DNA from: a virus
Lineage: Duplodnaviria > Caudoviricetes
Length of the DNA: 37,938 nucleotides
IMG/VR virus record: IMGVR_UViG_3300020042_008090
Span: 1-37,938 of that record
Strand: one strand, 5' to 3'
Shown: positions 35,867 through 37,938 of the stretch, piece after piece
How positions within the stretch are numbered: the first letter of the stretch is position 1
Layout of the letters: each line of letters starts with the position of its first letter
Translations under genes and position numbers: made by a program
Notes under the pieces: model-generated
Database searches by the model: none
What the model was told of the DNA's origin: nothing
Seen by the model: only the letters and a program-made list of their open reading frames with translations

Positions 35867-36030
35867 TTTTTTTTTACTTCCTGCGGAATCGGTAAAACCT
35901 TGACTTCAAATTCTGCCACGCATCCAGACTGCAATAAGTCTGATCGGGCGGGTTCTTGCGGATCTATCAAAGTCCCGGCTGCAGGCATGTTGTACCCATG
36001 CCCAACAAAGGGAGTAGTGACTATCAGCAT
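35779..36030 (-). CDS. small post-capsid protein (83 aa; head-associated/gpFI-like position)
   Basis: GAGGG RBS, MLIVTTPF..G..I..LL..G.V; basic tail TRKRSARKSK. Confidence 0.75.
   Translation of the reverse strand: MLIVTTPFVGHGYNMPAAGTLIDPQEPARSDLLQSGCVAEFEVKVLPIPQEVKKNEQSESLPADPVVTPVTRKRSARKSKPSQ
35866..35875 (-). other. slippery site A9C (GTA AAA AAA AAC)
   Basis: Same A_AAA_AAC heptamer as the tail chaperone site; stem-loops downstream. Confidence 0.8.
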
Positions 36031-36042
36031 TATGATTCCCTC

Positions 36043-36070
36043 AAAAAAGGGAGGGGCCGAAACCCCTCCC
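36043..36070 (-). terminator. intrinsic terminator after capsid gene
   Basis: GGGAGGGG-TTTCGG-CCCCTCCC-TTTTTT. Confidence 0.9.
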
Positions 36071-36077
36071 GATTTCA

Positions 36078-37283
36078 TCAAGCAGCGGGGAGTGTTCCGC
36101 CGATTATGCCTCCGGCCTGATATACCGTAAAAGCGATCCTTTCTTCTGCTCGAACAGTGATCATGTTCTTGACGAAGTTGGTATCGTTTTCGTAACTCAC
36201 TGCAACGCTGGCATCTTCACGATCCCAGATTTCGCATGAGTTGGTATCCAGCACCAGGAACCGGCCAGCGGTCATGGTGTTGGTCGTCACAACAGGCAAG
36301 CCCCACAGGGTGCGGGGAATCACGCCCTGCGGCTGGCCGATCATGTAGCGACTCTCACCGTCTTTCGCCAGAACCATGGTCCACCAGTCCTGCGGATTCA
36401 ACAGAATCGCATTCGGCATGTAATTGGCAACTTCAGACTGACGAATCGCATCGGCGATGTAGTCAAGGCGAGTGGTGTACTCATTCGGCGATTGAGCCTG
36501 AGAGTATGCAGTGCGTGAAGCCCAGAGGCCGGTTATGGTGCCGAGTGTTCCAGCGCCGTTTACCAGTTGGTCTTCTTCAGTCAGCTTCAGGCCATACATC
36601 AGCCTGCCGTTAACGTGGGAGGCCAACTGTGCACTATCGTCCATCACTTGCTTTGAGATGGGAATGAAGTGAGCTATCGTTACTACTGTTTCTTGATCGC
36701 TCGTAAACGTGATCGCTGATTCGGGCTTCGTAATGTTTTCCGCAGAACCGCCAGAGCCAACCAGCGGAGAACCGCCAACAACTACGGCGGCGCTGTTAGT
36801 GAAAACATTCTCTTTGCTGAAAAACACGATGTTACTTGTGGTGCGAGACACCGGCAGAATATCGCGAATACGCAAAGGCCGATTTGGCGCGGTAACGATA
36901 CCATCCAGACGCTGCCCAGCCACCAAAGGCTGCGACATTGAAGGGGTTGCGTTAACGATTGCGGTCTTAATTTCGATGCGAGTCGAGCCGCTACGGGTGC
37001 GCTGCATGCTTTTGAATCCGTCTGATTCAACCAGCATGTCACCGAATGATTTCTGCTCGGCAACGCCCTCATAATGGGCAGCGGTTTTCTGCTCCAGCGA
37101 CATCATCCGGTCAGCCAGGTCATTAGCCTTTTCCGCAACCTTGTCGATAGCGTTCTTGGTTTCAGCCGCTACACTGCCGGCGGTTTTGATTTCCTCGTTG
37201 GATTTTTCAATCCATGACTTGAGGTCTTTGTGCGTCTCAAGCACTTGGGCTTCGACGGATTTCAATTGCAATTCAAGTTCCAT
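36078..37283 (-). CDS. HK97-family major capsid protein with delta domain
   Basis: Coiled-coil N-terminus; KPES, TIAH..S.QVMDD, LNP.DW, LWGLPVV, NFVKNM..AEER resemble HK97 gp5. Confidence 0.97.
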   Translation of the reverse strand: MELELQLKSVEAQVLETHKDLKSWIEKSNEEIKTAGSVAAETKNAIDKVAEKANDLADRMMSLEQKTAAHYEGVAEQKSFGDMLVESDGFKSMQRTRSGSTRIEIKTAIVNATPSMSQPLVAGQRLDGIVTAPNRPLRIRDILPVSRTTSNIVFFSKENVFTNSAAVVVGGSPLVGSGGSAENITKPESAITFTSDQETVVTIAHFIPISKQVMDDSAQLASHVNGRLMYGLKLTEEDQLVNGAGTLGTITGLWASRTAYSQAQSPNEYTTRLDYIADAIRQSEVANYMPNAILLNPQDWWTMVLAKDGESRYMIGQPQGVIPRTLWGLPVVTTNTMTAGRFLVLDTNSCEIWDREDASVAVSYENDTNFVKNMITVRAEERIAFTVYQAGGIIGGTLPAA

Positions 37284-37313
37284 GATAATTCCTTTAGGCA
37301 ATAAGTTTGAGTG

Positions 37314-37937
37314 TTACTTGATCAGTTTCTTCAAGCTTTCGACGGCTGTCATTAAACTGATCAGCTCTTTCAGTTCTTCCGGTTGCCTACCAGAATCACT
37401 CCGGCACAGCGTTCTCATCTGACTGACCAATGTGGTCGTCATTGACTTTGAAAGATTGCCTACATCGCGCAGGAAATCTTCCATGTCTGACAGAGTTGCG
37501 AGTCCCGCAACTTCTGACTTGAAACTTTCCACCACCGCCAGCGGTTCGCACGGTGATGCAGTAAACGATACTTCGACCAATCCCAAAGACTTCAGGATGC
37601 GCCCACCTTCGGGCTTGTTCTCAGCCCCACCGGGTTTCACATGGAACCCCTGCGACAGCCCGCTTATGGTGCCGTGGCGCAATGAAGCGCGAAGGTCTTT
37701 GGCCAGTGAATGATCGCGGGTTAAGTGGCCTTCCACCTTCAAGCCCCGGTCATCTTCATAAGCCTTGTCCCATTTGCCGATGGTGGCGTAGCGAAGATGC
37801 TCGAAACGCATCTGCGGCATGGCTGACTTGAGAGATTCTTCAAACGCGCCACGCTTGACGGTATCGCCAGCAAGGTCTGTCGAATCCCAAACCGTGGCAT
37901 AACCCGTAACCGCCCAATCATCGTCGTGCCACTTTAG
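37314..37937 (-). CDS. HK97-type prohead protease (5' truncated by window)
   Basis: Frame open to window end: GYA..D..GD..GAF, H, IGKW, GL.V.G.L, GLS.GF, L.EVS..P. Confidence 0.93.
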   Translation of the reverse strand, partial: LKWHDDDWAVTGYATVWDSTDLAGDTVKRGAFEESLKSAMPQMRFEHLRYATIGKWDKAYEDDRGLKVEGHLTRDHSLAKDLRASLRHGTISGLSQGFHVKPGGAENKPEGGRILKSLGLVEVSFTASPCEPLAVVESFKSEVAGLATLSDMEDFLRDVGNLSKSMTTTLVSQMRTLCRSDSGRQPEELKELISLMTAVESLKKLIK

Positions 37938-37938
37938 T

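Noticed and set aside
36031-36081. ORF-track start at 36081 for the post-capsid gene
   Set aside because: Runs through the terminator hairpin; ATG at 36030 has the RBS.

Overview
Most of a tailed dsDNA phage genome (siphovirus, HK97-type capsid, lambdoid layout; diderm, probably proteobacterial host judging from the spanins). Terminase and portal lie outside the window. Minus strand 172-9435: accessory/virion genes, metallophosphoesterase, spanins, signal-peptide transglycosylase endolysin, two holin-like genes, PR'/tR'-like signals, Q-like antiterminator, VRR-NUC, replication O/P-like genes and a Cro-like repressor. Plus strand 9576-16528: early genes (ERF, YqaJ exonuclease, SSB, stand-alone sigma70 region 4 protein, a tRNA-like pseudoknotted ncRNA candidate), with a second Cro module inside a 28-bp direct repeat. 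Minus strand 16534-37938: head-neck-tail operon. No integrase or CI-type repressor is visible. The standout is a candidate virion-glycosylation system. Ten coupled genes (2 Maf/CstII-like transferases, 2 GT25, 2 GT-A/GT8-like, 1 KpsS-like, 3 SAM methyltransferases) sit between the capsid and head-tail connector genes. The first enzyme has no start codon and appears fused to a small post-capsid protein via a -1 shift at A9C. Virion proteins are enriched in Ser-Pro motifs, several in apparent loop insertions (candidate acceptor sequon). Family calls come from motif recognition by eye; no searches were run.
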